The position numbers were made by a program, and so were the translations under genes. A stretch of 64,000 bases of DNA from Eledone cirrhosa. Taxonomy: Eukaryota. Shown here in pieces: positions 62,988 to 64,000 of the stretch; the first letter of the stretch is position 1, and every line of letters begins with the position of its first letter. Below the pieces are notes generated by a model that saw only the letters and a program-made list of their open reading frames with translations, had not been told where the DNA came from and did no database searches. The stretch lies in the NCBI GenBank assembly GCA_964016885.1, contig OZ024741.1:312976001-313040000 (forward strand). Reading direction: 5' to 3'.

Positions 62988-64000
62988 ATGGACATGTCAC
63001 AACCAACGACAGAGGCCGAGATTTCAGAGTTGCGGGCTATGATCAGAGAGCGGGCTGGTCAAATTAAAGCCCTCTCAAATCAAGTAGAGAACCTGACCTT
63101 TCAAACACACCGGCGAGACAGCAACAGCAGATCCAGGCCTTTTCACTGTCTAAGATCCAGAAGTCCCAGTCAAAATCCTGTGTCTGGCAACCTCTGCTGG
63201 TATCACGCAGAATTCGGCACACAGGCATCTAAGTGCAAGGCTCCGTGCTCTTTCCAGAATACCACCCAGAGCCTAGCGACGACGTTCATCCCTGGTACTG
63301 AGGAGAAAAGTAGTCTGTTTGTTATCAATGACCAAGCGACAGGCATCCGTTACCTCGTGGATACAGGAGGCCAGGTTAGTGTTATTCCTGTATCACTAGT
63401 CTCAGACAAAAGACATTCAACACCGTCCTTTCTGCAGGCATTGAACCAATCGTCGATTCTGACTTTCGGAGAGAAATCACTGACCCTCAATTTAGGCCTG
63501 AGGCGTCGTTTTCAATGGGTGTTCGTCGTGGCAGACCTGCCGACCCCTATCTTAGGAGCCGATTTTCTCCACCACTTCAACCTTCTGGTGGACATAAAGA
63601 ACCGGAGGCTTATTGACACCACCACAAACCGCACTGTGACAGGTATATTTACCACGCAATGTACAGTGAGCCCTGTAATTTGCCAGTCAGAGCCTTCGCG
63701 TTACAACTGCATTACCTAGAAATACCCAGACATCACCCACCCGGTATTTAAGGATGGACCTATTAAACATAGAGTCACACATCATATCGAGACGAGAGGA
63801 CCACCCACAGCTGTCCGACCAAGGAGACTGCCTCCCGATCGATTGAGAATCGCCAAACAGGAGTTTCAACACATGCCGGACCTCGGTATCATTCGCCCTT
63901 CCTCCAGCAACTGGTCTGCACTCCTACACCTTGTTCCTAAGAAAACAGAGAATGATTGGCGACCATGTGGGGATTATCGTGCACTCAACAATTCCACAGT
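62988..64000 (+). mobile_element. Ty3/Gypsy gag C-terminus, protease and start of RT (disrupted; runs off the window)
   Basis: CWYHAEFGTQASKCKAPC (gag), LVDTGGQVS and ILGADFL (aspartic protease), then GIIRPSSSNWSALLHLVPKK...WRPCGDYRALN. Confidence 0.9.

Overview
This is AT-rich eukaryotic (animal) DNA made almost entirely of decayed transposable elements; no host gene, rRNA, tRNA gene or CRISPR is supportable. The SINE and microsatellite content resembles octopod cephalopod genomes (from memory, not verified). Bases 1-26350 are a head-to-tail array of L1-superfamily Tx1-type LINEs on the + strand (ORF1 with a CCHC knuckle; ORF2 APE-RT-zinc finger). Their intact junctions lie in (ATT)n tracts, often with a tRNA-derived SINE in between. 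A CRE-type RLE element and an Ingi-type PHD-APE-RT-RNase H element are nested in ORF1s. Bases ~36300-50750 hold the same families on the - strand, so the two arrays converge on a central, mostly older region. The right end holds non-autonomous Helitrons (one with its empty site preserved in a paralogous segment of this window), Penelope-like remnants with five hammerhead-ribozyme motifs in or next to inverted repeats, and the start of a Gypsy pol. The main leads are: (ATT)n-targeting Tx1 elements that regenerate their own target and share it with a SINE; an AG|GTAAGT motif kept at the ORF1 stop regardless of reading frame; and the mirror strand polarity of the two arrays.
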